Positions 9,599 through 19,223 of a DNA stretch of 32,000 nt are shown here, in pieces; the first letter of the stretch is position 1; every line of letters begins with the position of its first letter. Origin of the DNA: Okeania sp. (GTDB taxonomy: Bacteria; Cyanobacteriota; Cyanobacteriia; Cyanobacteriales; Microcoleaceae). Under the pieces are notes generated by a model that saw only the letters and a program-made list of their open reading frames with translations, searched no databases and had not been told where the DNA came from. The DNA lies in the NCBI RefSeq assembly GCF_035285525.1, contig NZ_JAYKGW010000104.1, positions 30,001 to 62,000 of the forward strand. The letters are read 5' to 3'. Position numbers and translations under genes: made by a program.

Positions 9599-11203
9599 TC
9601 AATTTTCCTCAGCTTCTTGAAGTTTTTTCTGTTCCTGTTTATCAATTTCTGGAATCCTAAAAATCACTCCGGCAAAATACCAATAATAAACCGCAACTGG
9701 GTCTACATCAAGAGGGTAATAATAGGTGTTATAACTAATAATTAGAACAAAAACCCAATAGCTTGCACCCAAACTGCGCAGGTTTTTATCTTTAACTGAG
9801 CGATAAGCTTTAAAACCACTAACAGTAATACTTGTTAATAGGACTAACATTGCAATTGTACCTATAGGCCCTACTTCATAGATTAATTTAGGATAATAAG
9901 TTTCAATTAACCTAGTTTTACCAAAAGCTCGAGCTGAGTTAGTAGCTCTCCCCAAACCAGCACCAAAAATTCCGTCTTGTGCATGATTAGACTCCTCAAA
10001 TTGTTGGGTAATAAAAGCAGTGGGTGGTGAAGCTTCCCAGCGACCAACAAAACTATCTATCCGTTCTTGAACAACTGCAGGATTAGATACTACTATCCCT
10101 CCCAGTAGAACACCTAGTCCAATACCAATAGGAAGAAACCGTTTGAGGTTTGTTACCTGACCTGTTAAAACTAAGAGTATTATTGTTACGGCGGGAACCA
10201 GAGCTAGAGCAATTCTTTGACCGCTAATAGCTGCATTAACAAAAACTACTGCCATTCCAAATAAACCAGCTATTCGCCAGAGGCCAGAGGGATCGCTAAA
10301 AGCAACTGCAAAAGTAAAGGCAGCATTAGAAATCAAGAACCATGCCCATTGCCAAGGTGCAACAAAAGTACCAGGTAAACGAATCACACCCTCACTAGGG
10401 CTAAATAGTAGGGCACCTCCTACCAAGCATTTAGCTTCTAAGGTTGCTTTAAATAGGTCGTCTCCACTTTTACCCCTAGTACCGTTACACTTTCCAGAGG
10501 AAAGGAATTGATACTGCACCACACCAAGCAAACAACACACAATAGCTAGAATTACTGTCAAACGGGCAGCAAATAATAACTCTTTTTTACTTTTGAGTTT
10601 ATAATAAGCCCCTGTAATTAGAGGTAAGTAGCCAATCATTGCTTTGAGTCCTAATATTCCCATAGGAATTGCTTTATCTCCTGGTATGGGAGGGTTAAGT
10701 TGTTGAGAACCATTAACTAAAAGTAGAGTGACTAGACAAAACCCCAGTAAAATATACAGGGGATTTTTCATTGCCTTGGGAATAATGAATGGATTTTTTG
10801 TATTTTTACACCACAAACCAATAGCAATAATTGCCGGAACATAAAACCCATCTTTGGCTAACTGAAATATTGGGCTTCCACCACCGATCCAATAAGTAAC
10901 AGTGCCTGCAAAGGGCATATAAATCATAAATCCCCACAGCCCTAACATCGGATATTTATAGGAAAGAGCTAAAACTGCTATACCACCACCACCAGCAAGA
11001 GCTATTTTAGGTTCTGCGACGAAAAATAATACAATGCCTATCACAACTCCTATACCACCATAAGTAACCAAAGAACCAATCAATTCCTGAATTTGTTTGG
11101 CTCGTTGGCGCTTTCTGGCAGCTAGCTCTTTTTTGCTAATTTGGGGAGCCGCAGGTTTGCCTTTCTTTTTTGATTTCTTTTTAGACTTTTTTTTGGTCGG
11201 CAT
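9599..11203 (-). CDS. Polytopic membrane protein, O-antigen ligase / Wzy-like family (tentative)
   Basis: The protein is 534 aa with a lysine-rich N-terminal tail and at least 10 predicted TM helices. It carries SGQRIALAL and GAGLGRATNSA segments resembling the Wzy_C/O-antigen-ligase core. It sits in a glycan-modification gene context. Confidence 0.5.
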   Translation of the reverse strand: MPTKKKSKKKSKKKGKPAAPQISKKELAARKRQRAKQIQELIGSLVTYGGIGVVIGIVLFFVAEPKIALAGGGGIAVLALSYKYPMLGLWGFMIYMPFAGTVTYWIGGGSPIFQLAKDGFYVPAIIAIGLWCKNTKNPFIIPKAMKNPLYILLGFCLVTLLLVNGSQQLNPPIPGDKAIPMGILGLKAMIGYLPLITGAYYKLKSKKELLFAARLTVILAIVCCLLGVVQYQFLSSGKCNGTRGKSGDDLFKATLEAKCLVGGALLFSPSEGVIRLPGTFVAPWQWAWFLISNAAFTFAVAFSDPSGLWRIAGLFGMAVVFVNAAISGQRIALALVPAVTIILLVLTGQVTNLKRFLPIGIGLGVLLGGIVVSNPAVVQERIDSFVGRWEASPPTAFITQQFEESNHAQDGIFGAGLGRATNSARAFGKTRLIETYYPKLIYEVGPIGTIAMLVLLTSITVSGFKAYRSVKDKNLRSLGASYWVFVLIISYNTYYYPLDVDPVAVYYWYFAGVIFRIPEIDKQEQKKLQEAEEN

Positions 11204-11462
11204 TTTTGAGTCAGTTTTAACTAGCTATTAGCATTCAGCTCTCAGCCCTCAGTTTCAGGACTTACGCAAAGAAACCGGGTTTTTAGGATAAATCCTTCGT
11301 TGTTTTTCACAATTTTTAGCTATTAGCGTTTAGCTCTGAGCTATCAACTTCAGGATTTACCGATTAGGATCAAAATTCCCTCCAACCACAAGTGCAATAT
11401 TGTTTAGGAGGGGTTAAAATCTCCTTCTAAACTTCAAAAAAATAATTTTGTTGAGCGCTTTT

Positions 11463-12929
11463 TTAAGCTAGATGTTGCTGGACTGCTAAAACTAAGTTCT
11501 CTGTCCAAGAGTCTGCTAGTTCAGCATTTATTGCCTCTACCATAACTCGAATTACTGGCTCTGTGCCAGAGGCTCGGACTAAAACCCGCCCAAAATCTGC
11601 TAAAGCTGTTTCTGCTTCTTCTATGGCTTTGACTAATGGTTCGCACTTTTGCCAGTTGACTCGGCGATCGCGGTCTTCAACTCGGACATTTTGGAGTAGT
11701 TGGGGATAGGTTTGAAAGCTTTGGTCTACTAATTCTGCTAAAGAAACTCCAGAATTTTTGACTAGGGTGGCTAAATGCAGGGCTGTCATTAGGCCATCTC
11801 CTGTCATTCCATAATGGGGACAGAGAATATGTCCTGACTGTTCTCCGCCTAACATGGACCCTGTGCGCTGCATTTCTCTATAAACGTATTGGTCTCCTAC
11901 TTTTGTCCGTAATATTTTTCCACCCTGTTTTTCCCAAGCACGTTCAAAACCTAAATTAGCCATAACTGTGGTTACTATTATGTTTTCTGGTAATAGTCCA
12001 GCTTTACTTAAACTTTGGCCCCAGAGATAGAGTATATAATCTCCATTAATGGAACGACCTTGGGAATCTACTGCTAATACTCGGTCTGCATCTCCATCAA
12101 AGGCAAATCCTATATCAGCTTTGTTTTCTATTACTGCTTCTTGGAGAGTATGAAGATGGGTAGAACCACAGTTGACATTGATGCGCTCGCCGTCTGGTTC
12201 GTCATGCAAAGTAATAATTTCTGCCCCCATTGTCTGAAAAACTTCTGGGGCAGTATGAACTGCTGCTCCCCAAGCTAAGTCGAGAACTATTTTCATTCCC
12301 TGGAAATGCCCAGGAGTTAAAGGGGAATATAGGGATGCTTGATACTTTTTGACTAATTCGGGTCTATGGTAATATTGTCCCCAGTTACTGTGGATGGTGG
12401 GAAAATCTGCTGTGCCTCTAATTCCAGATTCTATCTGTTTCTGTAATTCTGAAGAGAGTTTTGTTCCATCAGAGCCAAAAAATTTGATTCCATTATCTTC
12501 TGGTGGGTTATGACTAGCAGAAATCATTACTCCCCCTATTGTTTCGGAAATGCCAGTCAGATAAGCAACGCAGGGGGTAGGGCATAAACCTAAATTCCAA
12601 ACTTCTAAACCTGCTGCGGTTAAACCTGCTGATAGAGCCATTCCTAGCATATTGCCAGAGTTTCTGGAATCTTGACCCATAACTACTGGGCCAGGATTTT
12701 GAGAATATTGGCGCAATACTTGTCCAGCCCAAAAACCTATTTTTAGGGCTAGAGGGGCGTTGAGTAGTTCTCCTGCTTTGCCCCGGATGCCATCTGTACC
12801 GAATAGGGGTGTTGTGGGTAAGGATTTACTATTCCAAATTGATGTTATTTCTGTCGCTGTGGATGATAAATTCAAAGTATTTTGTTCGTAAGTTCCCTTG
12901 AATGATGGTATGCTTACCATAATTTTCAC
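11463..12929 (-). CDS. glmM: Phosphoglucosamine mutase
   Basis: The motif GTDGIRG is present. The active-site phosphoserine loop reads [15 protein letters not shown], the Mg site FDGDADR, the sugar-binding loop GGEQSGH, and the C-terminal motif [14 protein letters not shown]. The exact start is uncertain because an N-terminal extension is present. Confidence 0.9.
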   Translation of the reverse strand: MKIMVSIPSFKGTYEQNTLNLSSTATEITSIWNSKSLPTTPLFGTDGIRGKAGELLNAPLALKIGFWAGQVLRQYSQNPGPVVMGQDSRNSGNMLGMALSAGLTAAGLEVWNLGLCPTPCVAYLTGISETIGGVMISASHNPPEDNGIKFFGSDGTKLSSELQKQIESGIRGTADFPTIHSNWGQYYHRPELVKKYQASLYSPLTPGHFQGMKIVLDLAWGAAVHTAPEVFQTMGAEIITLHDEPDGERINVNCGSTHLHTLQEAVIENKADIGFAFDGDADRVLAVDSQGRSINGDYILYLWGQSLSKAGLLPENIIVTTVMANLGFERAWEKQGGKILRTKVGDQYVYREMQRTGSMLGGEQSGHILCPHYGMTGDGLMTALHLATLVKNSGVSLAELVDQSFQTYPQLLQNVRVEDRDRRVNWQKCEPLVKAIEEAETALADFGRVLVRASGTEPVIRVMVEAINAELADSWTENLVLAVQQHLA

Positions 12930-14407
12930 TCCTGGTCAATATTAAGTTATTCTCACTCTCAAACAAGAGAATAACACCTTCAGACTCAATAAAAAGGCAA
13001 GGAAAGAAGATGAGTTTATAGACATTTAAGGATTTCTTGGTGGCAGTTCTATAATCTCAAGAGCTACTCTAAACTCATCCCTGGATAGGAAGTCAGGATA
13101 TCCAGAAATAGAATAGGGTTTGCTGATTAAATCCCCTCGCATTTATAAATAAATAAGAGAAAAAAGTAGAACAATAGCCCCATTATGCACCATCTCTTGA
13201 TTACTACATCTCCCTACCTAATTTTATAGATACTAAGTGGTTTTTATATGGAACTATTTGTGAATTTCACTCTCATATAAACTGTTAAGATACAGAAAAA
13301 ATTGTGAATGTTTATTTATTGCTAGAGAAAATTAAAATACAAATACAAAATCATTAATTATTGACTATATAGCAATTCTATTTTATTTTTGTATAAAAAT
13401 CTCACTCCTTTTCGGTAGGTCGGCAATGGGCAATGGGTAATACCCTTTCTCAAAAAGAATGTTATATCTGATTGGATGGGGAAGTTTGGTTCCTGTAGTT
13501 CCTGTCGGGAGAGGAAAAGTAGAAAAAATAATTACTAACCAACTCATCATTGGTAAAAACAGACTTTTAGTCTTGGTAAATATTGACTTTTGAAGTCTAG
13601 CTCAGGTATGGCATTAATGCATGGTAATTGGTATAAGACTTTCGGAGTTTATTTCTAGTTTTTGATTACCCGCAACATATTTATTATTGCTATAATATGA
13701 AATTTCCTGGTCAATTCTGACCATTAGTCACAAAAAGGGTGAAAAATCAGAGATAAGTAATTTTTTTACCAAAAAGTATAACAGCATAGTCTTGAAAAAA
13801 TAATCAGTAATCCAATTTAAGAATAATTTATAATAAACATATATCTATTACAATAGAACCAAAAAAACTAAATAGTTTTGGCTGAAAAACATTTAACTCA
13901 ATTATTTTAAGATTATCCAATACTCAAAAAAAATCACTTTCTCACATGTAGGTAAATTTGCTATATATAAAAAAATAGGTAATCATTTCCTACGGAATGG
14001 TGCAAAAACATCCTTCAGCTATCAGCCATCAGAAGAGTGCTTTTAGTTTTCGATAAAAGCTTTATGATACGGTTCCCGATCAATCAGAAATTTTATCTGA
14101 ACTACAAAATTCAGTTTCCAAGTTTATATTCTTTTAAATCTCAACCTTAAGGAGGAGATTTTTATTTCTGAATGCTGAATGCTAATAGCTAAATGCTTAC
14201 AAAAATAGTTAATACTTCTGATTTGAAATAGCAAACCCTTAACCTGTAAACCTCCATAACCATACTTGAATATCCCAAGTTGAAATTTTCTTTCGGAGGT
14301 ATTAAAAGCATTCTAGGTGATGAAAAAAAACAAAAAGAGTTAGTTAAGCACTCTTATCGTCATCGACTGAAAAGTTATTACTAATAGTTAGTAGAGTAAA
14401 TTTTGTT

Positions 14408-16396
14408 ATGTCATTAGAAAATTCACAACCAAAAAAGTTGGAAGTAAGTTCCAATACAACTTCTAAAAATGGAGATAACGGCCACAGTAGTAGTTCCATA
14501 GTAGAAAGAAAAGCAGTGAATACTAATTCACAACCTTCAGAGGAAAAACCAAACAATGATTTAGAAGTTGAACCGGAAAAAAACTCCCAAAAATCAACAG
14601 CATCTCCATCTCACAAGAAGGAGAAAAGTTATTGGGGATTTCAACTAATGTGGTGGAGTGTTGCAGCTAGTTTTGGAATTACAGGTGGTGCAGCACTTAT
14701 ATGGTTGCTAGTTAACCCTCCCCAACCAAACTGTGAAAATATTTCTCTATTATCACCAGATGGAAAGCGACTCTACTGCGCTAACAAAGCTGCTGAGTCA
14801 CGAAATTTAGAAGAACTAGAAAAAGCCTTAAGTTTAGTCAAAGATTGGTCAGAAGAACATCCCCTCTATCAAATAGGTCAACAAATGACCGGAGAATGGA
14901 CCAAGTTAATTATCTCTGTTGCTGAGGAAAAGATTCGAGAAGGTGATTTACAGGGGGCACTAGATACAGTAGGGAAAATTCCGAAAGATAGTCCAGCTTA
15001 CGTTAGGGTAGAAGAAGCAAAAGCTAATTGGAAAACACAATGGGCAGAAGGTCAATCTTTTTATGATAAAGCTATAGAAGCTATAAAAGCAATAAATTGG
15101 GATAAAGCTTCTGATTACTCATTGGCTATGTCAAAACTGGATAACGTTTATTGGCAAACTACTAAACATAGAGAATTATTAGAGCGCATTGTCCTAGAAA
15201 AAAAGGGTTGGCAAATGCTTAAAGACGCTCGTGATTTGATATACTGGGAGACGGCAGATGAGTACGGAGAAGCGATCGCTGTAGCTAACAATATAGACCC
15301 CAATCTCTACATTAGAAACGAAGTCGATCAAAATATTCAAAAGTGGGTTAGTACCTTAATCGAAATTGCTACGAAAAATATAGAAGAAGAAGACCTAAAG
15401 GGAGCAATATCAGCCGTTGGGTTTATTCCTTCAGAGCATAAACTGAAAAAACAAGGGGAAGATTTAATATTACTAGGTCATTCTTTAGCAGCAACTTGGA
15501 ACAGTCCTGAGGAAAAGTCTAACACTGCTAATATACTAGCTTTGATGGAAGGAAAAGCAGCAGCGACTCAGATTACCTCAAATAGTCCATATTATCAACA
15601 AGCTCAAGCTCAAATTAAGCAACTTCAACAACAGCTAGATGATTTAACTCGTATTCAGCTAGCTAAAGCGGTAGGTGGTATGGGTCAACCTTTCACATTA
15701 AGATTGGCCATAGACCAAGCTGGAATGATTGGCCAGAAACAACCAAGGCGGATCGAAGCTCAAACTTTAATTGCGAAGTGGCGCAAAGATATTCTTAAGA
15801 TAGAAGATAGACCTTATGTGGTTTTGGCTAAACAATTAGCTAAACAGGAGACTGTTGATGAGTATAATTTAGCAATTAAGCAAGCTAGTTATGTTCCTTT
15901 GGAGCATCCCCTGAGAATAGAAGCTCAAACTTTGATAGCTGAATGGATTAAACGAGTACAGATTATTGAAGATTCACCAATTATAGCAGAAGCTAGAACT
16001 TTGGCGGAAGAAGGAAAACTGGAGAAGGCTATTGATGTAGCGTATAATATTAAAGAGGGTCGTGCTTTGTATGGCGAAGCTCAGGATGAAATTTATAAAT
16101 GGAATACAGAATTACAAATTGCTCAAGATAGACCGATTCTTAATACAGCTTATAGTTTGGCTAATCAAGGTAGTCTAAGTGCTGCTATTAATAAAGCTTA
16201 TCAGATTGGCTATGGACGCGCTCTTTATTATGAAGCTCAAGATGCTATATACCGCTGGGAGTCTGAATTAAATGCGATACGGGCAGCAAAACAAGCTGAG
16301 GAAGCTAGAAAACAGGAAGAATACCAACGAGCTCAAGAACAATATTATCAGCAAGATTCTAATCCTCAATATTATTCTCCAAGTCCACAAGGCTAA
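14408..16396 (+). CDS. Membrane-anchored repeat protein of unknown function
   Basis: The protein is 662 aa. It has an S/N/K/E-rich disordered N-terminus and one TM helix (WGFQLMWWSVAASFGITGGAALIWLLV). About nine helical repeats of ~52 aa follow (pattern Y..EAQ..I..W....I.D.P.L..A..LA..G.L..AI). The tail is Q/Y-rich. Confidence 0.7.
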   Translation: MSLENSQPKKLEVSSNTTSKNGDNGHSSSSIVERKAVNTNSQPSEEKPNNDLEVEPEKNSQKSTASPSHKKEKSYWGFQLMWWSVAASFGITGGAALIWLLVNPPQPNCENISLLSPDGKRLYCANKAAESRNLEELEKALSLVKDWSEEHPLYQIGQQMTGEWTKLIISVAEEKIREGDLQGALDTVGKIPKDSPAYVRVEEAKANWKTQWAEGQSFYDKAIEAIKAINWDKASDYSLAMSKLDNVYWQTTKHRELLERIVLEKKGWQMLKDARDLIYWETADEYGEAIAVANNIDPNLYIRNEVDQNIQKWVSTLIEIATKNIEEEDLKGAISAVGFIPSEHKLKKQGEDLILLGHSLAATWNSPEEKSNTANILALMEGKAAATQITSNSPYYQQAQAQIKQLQQQLDDLTRIQLAKAVGGMGQPFTLRLAIDQAGMIGQKQPRRIEAQTLIAKWRKDILKIEDRPYVVLAKQLAKQETVDEYNLAIKQASYVPLEHPLRIEAQTLIAEWIKRVQIIEDSPIIAEARTLAEEGKLEKAIDVAYNIKEGRALYGEAQDEIYKWNTELQIAQDRPILNTAYSLANQGSLSAAINKAYQIGYGRALYYEAQDAIYRWESELNAIRAAKQAEEARKQEEYQRAQEQYYQQDSNPQYYSPSPQG

Positions 16397-16467
16397 TTTT
16401 AACTAACCGCGAGTCCTCAATATTATTTTGCACCTCCACAAACTTCTTAGATAAATTTGTTAATGTT

Positions 16468-16519
16468 AAAAGTTAAATTCAAAATTTCCTTAATCTTTGA
16501 ATTTAACTTTTATTTTTTA
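16468..16519 (+). terminator. Rho-independent terminator downstream of the 14408-16396 gene
   Basis: A 16-nt perfect inverted repeat, aaaagttaaattcaaa (16468-16483) / tttgaatttaactttt (16496-16511), has a 12-nt loop and is followed by a T-rich tract (tattttttat). Confidence 0.6.
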
Positions 16520-17026
16520 TTACCGATTAAAAATGTAGATAAAAAAAACTTAAACTTTTGTTTTCTGGTAAGCATTTCCTCCAGAATGCTGCGCAGATAG
16601 CCGTCAGTTATTAGCTAGTTTCCTGGGTCGGAACTTTGTTAACAGCTATGAGTTATTTAGTTATTAACTCACTGTCACACCAAATGAAATTCTTGATCGT
16701 TCAACCTTAAATTTGCTTAATTTTGGCAAAAGCTAATAGCTAATAGCTGAATACTTACCAAAGAATTAATAATTAAATAATTAGGGTTTGCGCTTCTTCA
16801 GTCTTTTAGTAGGGGGGAGGAACCAGAATCGGTGAATCCAGAATCCAGAAGGAATAGTCATTACAGAAGAGGTAGGAGGAAGAATTATTTTTTGATTTTC
16901 TATCACAATTAGCCAAAAATATTAGACTTTTTAGATTTCAAGACCTAAAATCTGGTACTTTTTCCGGACTAAAAAAGGCTGAAACCTTTATTAAATAGTG
17001 CTTTCATGCTTTTTTTCAGCAGACCT

Positions 17027-17135
17027 AATTAAATAATTACCGCCTTGAAGCCTCCTCTTTAAAAAGGGAAAAAAATAATTTTTTTCCTTTTATTCAATCT
17101 TCTTCCTTTTAGGGAGAGGTAATTATTAATTATCC
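17027..17135 (-). mobile_element. MITE-like element, short copy (109 nt) of the 22042-22211 family
   Basis: The reverse complement aligns end to end with 22042-22100 plus 22166-22211. The termini aattaaataattacc / ggtaattattaatt form inverted repeats. Confidence 0.75.
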
Positions 17136-17194
17136 ATTATTGAAGTTCCCTGTTCCTTTAAAATAGGATTAATATATCAACCAAAAACTAATTT

Positions 17195-19108
17195 ATGAAT
17201 AGTAAATCGGCATTAAAATTGCTACTCATTGATAATGACCCTATCTTTCGGATGGGGTTAAAATTTTCTTGTGAGCATTTTCCTGATTTAGAAATAGTAT
17301 TTGATGCAGAAGTAGGAGCGGAAACTTTAAGCAAGATTGAAAGTTTAATTTCAGAAGAGAATAATTTTTTGGTAATTCTAGATATAGAAACTAATAATTT
17401 ACTTCCTCAAAATACAGAGGAAATGACAATTTCTGGAATTGACTTTTGCCAACAGCTTAAAACTTCTTATCCTGATTTATCAATATTATTATTGACGTCT
17501 TTACAGGATACATTATTATTAAGGTTAGCACAAAAGTTAGGTGTTAATGGTTATTGTCTCAAAGGAATTAGTATTTCTGATTTAGTAATTGTTATTAGAC
17601 AAGTCGCAGATGGTCAGTTTTCTTGGCAAAATATTCCGGAAATTGAAACTATACAAAAAAAAGCTCGACCTAAAAGTTCAGGTTTAAAGGTTGAAACCAA
17701 AAAATTTTTCAATACTCTTTTGGAGAGCTTTTGTAAGTCAGGGTTAAAACAAATAGATTCTTCTCTTTTAGAAGTAACATCTCAACTTAATGAGAGAGTA
17801 AAAAAATTAGATAGAAATGATTTAAGTTCTCTATTAAATGTAGCAATAACTTCTGGGCAGCGCCGAGAATTATTAACAGTTAGATGGATAATTAGTCAGT
17901 TGTCACCTAAGTCTGTTAATAGGGATAAGCAACAGCAAATAACAGAAATAAATAGATATAATTTTGTCGATGCAAACTGGCAAAACATGACAGAATTAAA
18001 AACAGAACAAATCGTTAATTCTGTCAATAATAATAGGAAAAATTTACTGGCAATAAATTCAGAACTTGTTTCGTCTACCACCACTGAAGCTATAAATTTA
18101 CAAACAACATTATTTGAGGCAACTATAGCTAAATTACATCCTAATTTAATTAACCTCAGTGGATTACCAATGGAAATTGATATTTTGCGAGGTTCTAAGA
18201 AGCAAGAATTAATTTATATAGCTTTATGTAAGTTTGAAGATATTCTAGATGAGCTGAGGACTACTTCTATTCGGATGGAAGAAATTCCTAAACAAAGATA
18301 TGATATTGTACATAATTTGTGGGAATTTACTAGCAATTTTTTTGTAGGTGAATATTATCAATTAGAAATTAGCAATGGTATTGGAATTGCTAATTATTTT
18401 ACGGAACCAGTTAAAGTAGAGGTAATTCCAGTTTTGTTAAATGATAGTGATAATGTGCATAAGTTTATTCTTGATAAAATTCCTTTAGTTGAAGAGTTAA
18501 TTTCCTATTTATTGTTTGAAGTTCCTTTGGTAATTGATAATGTATCTTTTGAAGTGGGTACTGTTGAAGCAATGGAACGGTCTGAAGTTTTACTCCAAAA
18601 TTTATTAATTTCAATTGCTAATGCTGTAATTCAACCTTTATTAAATAATTTTGCTGATGTAGAAGAAGTTAAAGAAGACTTTTATAGTCAGCAATTATTA
18701 TCAACACGAGATATTGAAAAATTTCGGAACAGCTTATCTTGGAAATATCGTATAGAACAATATATTACAGAGCCAAAAGCAATTTTTGAGAGTAAATTTT
18801 CTTTATTTGTTTTGAATGAACTTGGGATTAAAAAAATATCTATTTATTCATCTCGTAGACATGAATTAATCAAACTTTCAGGAGTTCCATTGATAGTAAC
18901 TTTACTGTTAGAAACTCGTGATGCAATAGCTCCTGGTATTAGGGCAACTGTTTCTTTTATTGGCAGTGGAGTTGTCTATTTATTGACTCAAGTAGTTGGG
19001 CGTGGTATAGGTTTAGTTGGAAGAGGTATTATTCAAGGTGTGGGTAGTTCTTTTCAAGATGTTAAATTTGGTAGAAATAATCATAAAGAAGAAGCAAGAA
19101 AAGGTTAG
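17195..19108 (+). CDS. Response-regulator receiver domain protein with DUF3685/Ycf55-like C-terminal region
   Basis: The N-terminal REC has canonical residues: LLLIDNDP, the phospho-acceptor context VILDIE, LLLTS and GYCLKG. There is no recognisable DNA-binding output. The long C-terminal region ends in a Gly-rich hydrophobic segment (GRGIGLVGRGIIQGVG), as I recall for cyanobacterial/plastid Ycf55-type proteins. Confidence 0.6.
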   Translation: MNSKSALKLLLIDNDPIFRMGLKFSCEHFPDLEIVFDAEVGAETLSKIESLISEENNFLVILDIETNNLLPQNTEEMTISGIDFCQQLKTSYPDLSILLLTSLQDTLLLRLAQKLGVNGYCLKGISISDLVIVIRQVADGQFSWQNIPEIETIQKKARPKSSGLKVETKKFFNTLLESFCKSGLKQIDSSLLEVTSQLNERVKKLDRNDLSSLLNVAITSGQRRELLTVRWIISQLSPKSVNRDKQQQITEINRYNFVDANWQNMTELKTEQIVNSVNNNRKNLLAINSELVSSTTTEAINLQTTLFEATIAKLHPNLINLSGLPMEIDILRGSKKQELIYIALCKFEDILDELRTTSIRMEEIPKQRYDIVHNLWEFTSNFFVGEYYQLEISNGIGIANYFTEPVKVEVIPVLLNDSDNVHKFILDKIPLVEELISYLLFEVPLVIDNVSFEVGTVEAMERSEVLLQNLLISIANAVIQPLLNNFADVEEVKEDFYSQQLLSTRDIEKFRNSLSWKYRIEQYITEPKAIFESKFSLFVLNELGIKKISIYSSRRHELIKLSGVPLIVTLLLETRDAIAPGIRATVSFIGSGVVYLLTQVVGRGIGLVGRGIIQGVGSSFQDVKFGRNNHKEEARKG

Positions 19109-19134
19109 CAAAAATGTTTGCTTGTTCTTTTTTC
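19107..19134 (+). terminator. Possible weak intrinsic terminator overlapping the stop codon of the REC-DUF3685 gene
   Basis: The stem is agcaaa/tttgct (6 bp) with loop aatg, followed by tgttcttttttc. The stem is AT-rich and therefore weak. Confidence 0.35.
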
Positions 19135-19223
19135 TCTGTTCTCTAACTAGAAATAAAAAACTAAAACTTTTGCTTTTTCCCTGTTCCCTATTCCGTGTTC
19201 CCTATTCCCTAATAAAATAATTA

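Noticed and set aside
12514-12732. Minus-strand ORF of 72 aa
   Set aside because: It lies inside glmM in an alternative frame of the same strand. The glmM frame carries all the catalytic motifs.
13459-13593. A 44-codon ORF (MLYLIGWGSLVPVVPVGRGKVEKIITNQLIIGKNRLLVLVNIDF) in the large spacer
   Set aside because: It has no Shine-Dalgarno-like sequence. Its length is within what chance allows across six frames of 1.5 kb. It is kept only as a note under the spacer finding.
13590-13660. tagctcagg string resembling a tRNA D-arm
   Set aside because: There is no complementary GAGC closing the D-stem, no acceptor-stem pairing and no GTTCRANYC T-loop within 80 nt. It is not a tRNA.
12930-14407. The large AT-rich divergent spacer as a chromosomal replication origin
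   Set aside because: The divergence in gene orientation fits. However, I found no cluster of DnaA boxes. There are only isolated near-matches: ttatccaat near 13910 and tgtgaattt / tgtgaatgt near 13260-13310. No dnaA or dnaN is nearby. A DnaA-box matrix scan plus cumulative GC skew on the whole replicon would settle it.
14322-14556. Minus-strand 70-aa ORF (14344-14556) ending at a hairpin (aagagt/actctt, 14335-14355) that is followed on the minus strand by TTTGTTTTTTTT, resembling an intrinsic terminator
   Set aside because: The ORF is antisense to the start of the 662-aa gene, whose frame is continuous and repeat-structured. The hairpin stem is only 6 bp with 2 G:C pairs. An antisense RNA remains possible but is unsupported without transcript data.
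17896-18084. Minus-strand ORF of 62 aa
   Set aside because: It is antisense within the REC-DUF3685 gene and has no motifs.
19017-19220. Plus-strand ORF of 67 aa
   Set aside because: It overlaps the 3-prime end of the REC-DUF3685 gene out of frame. It then reads through the putative terminator and a CCCTATT/CCCTGTT STRR array.
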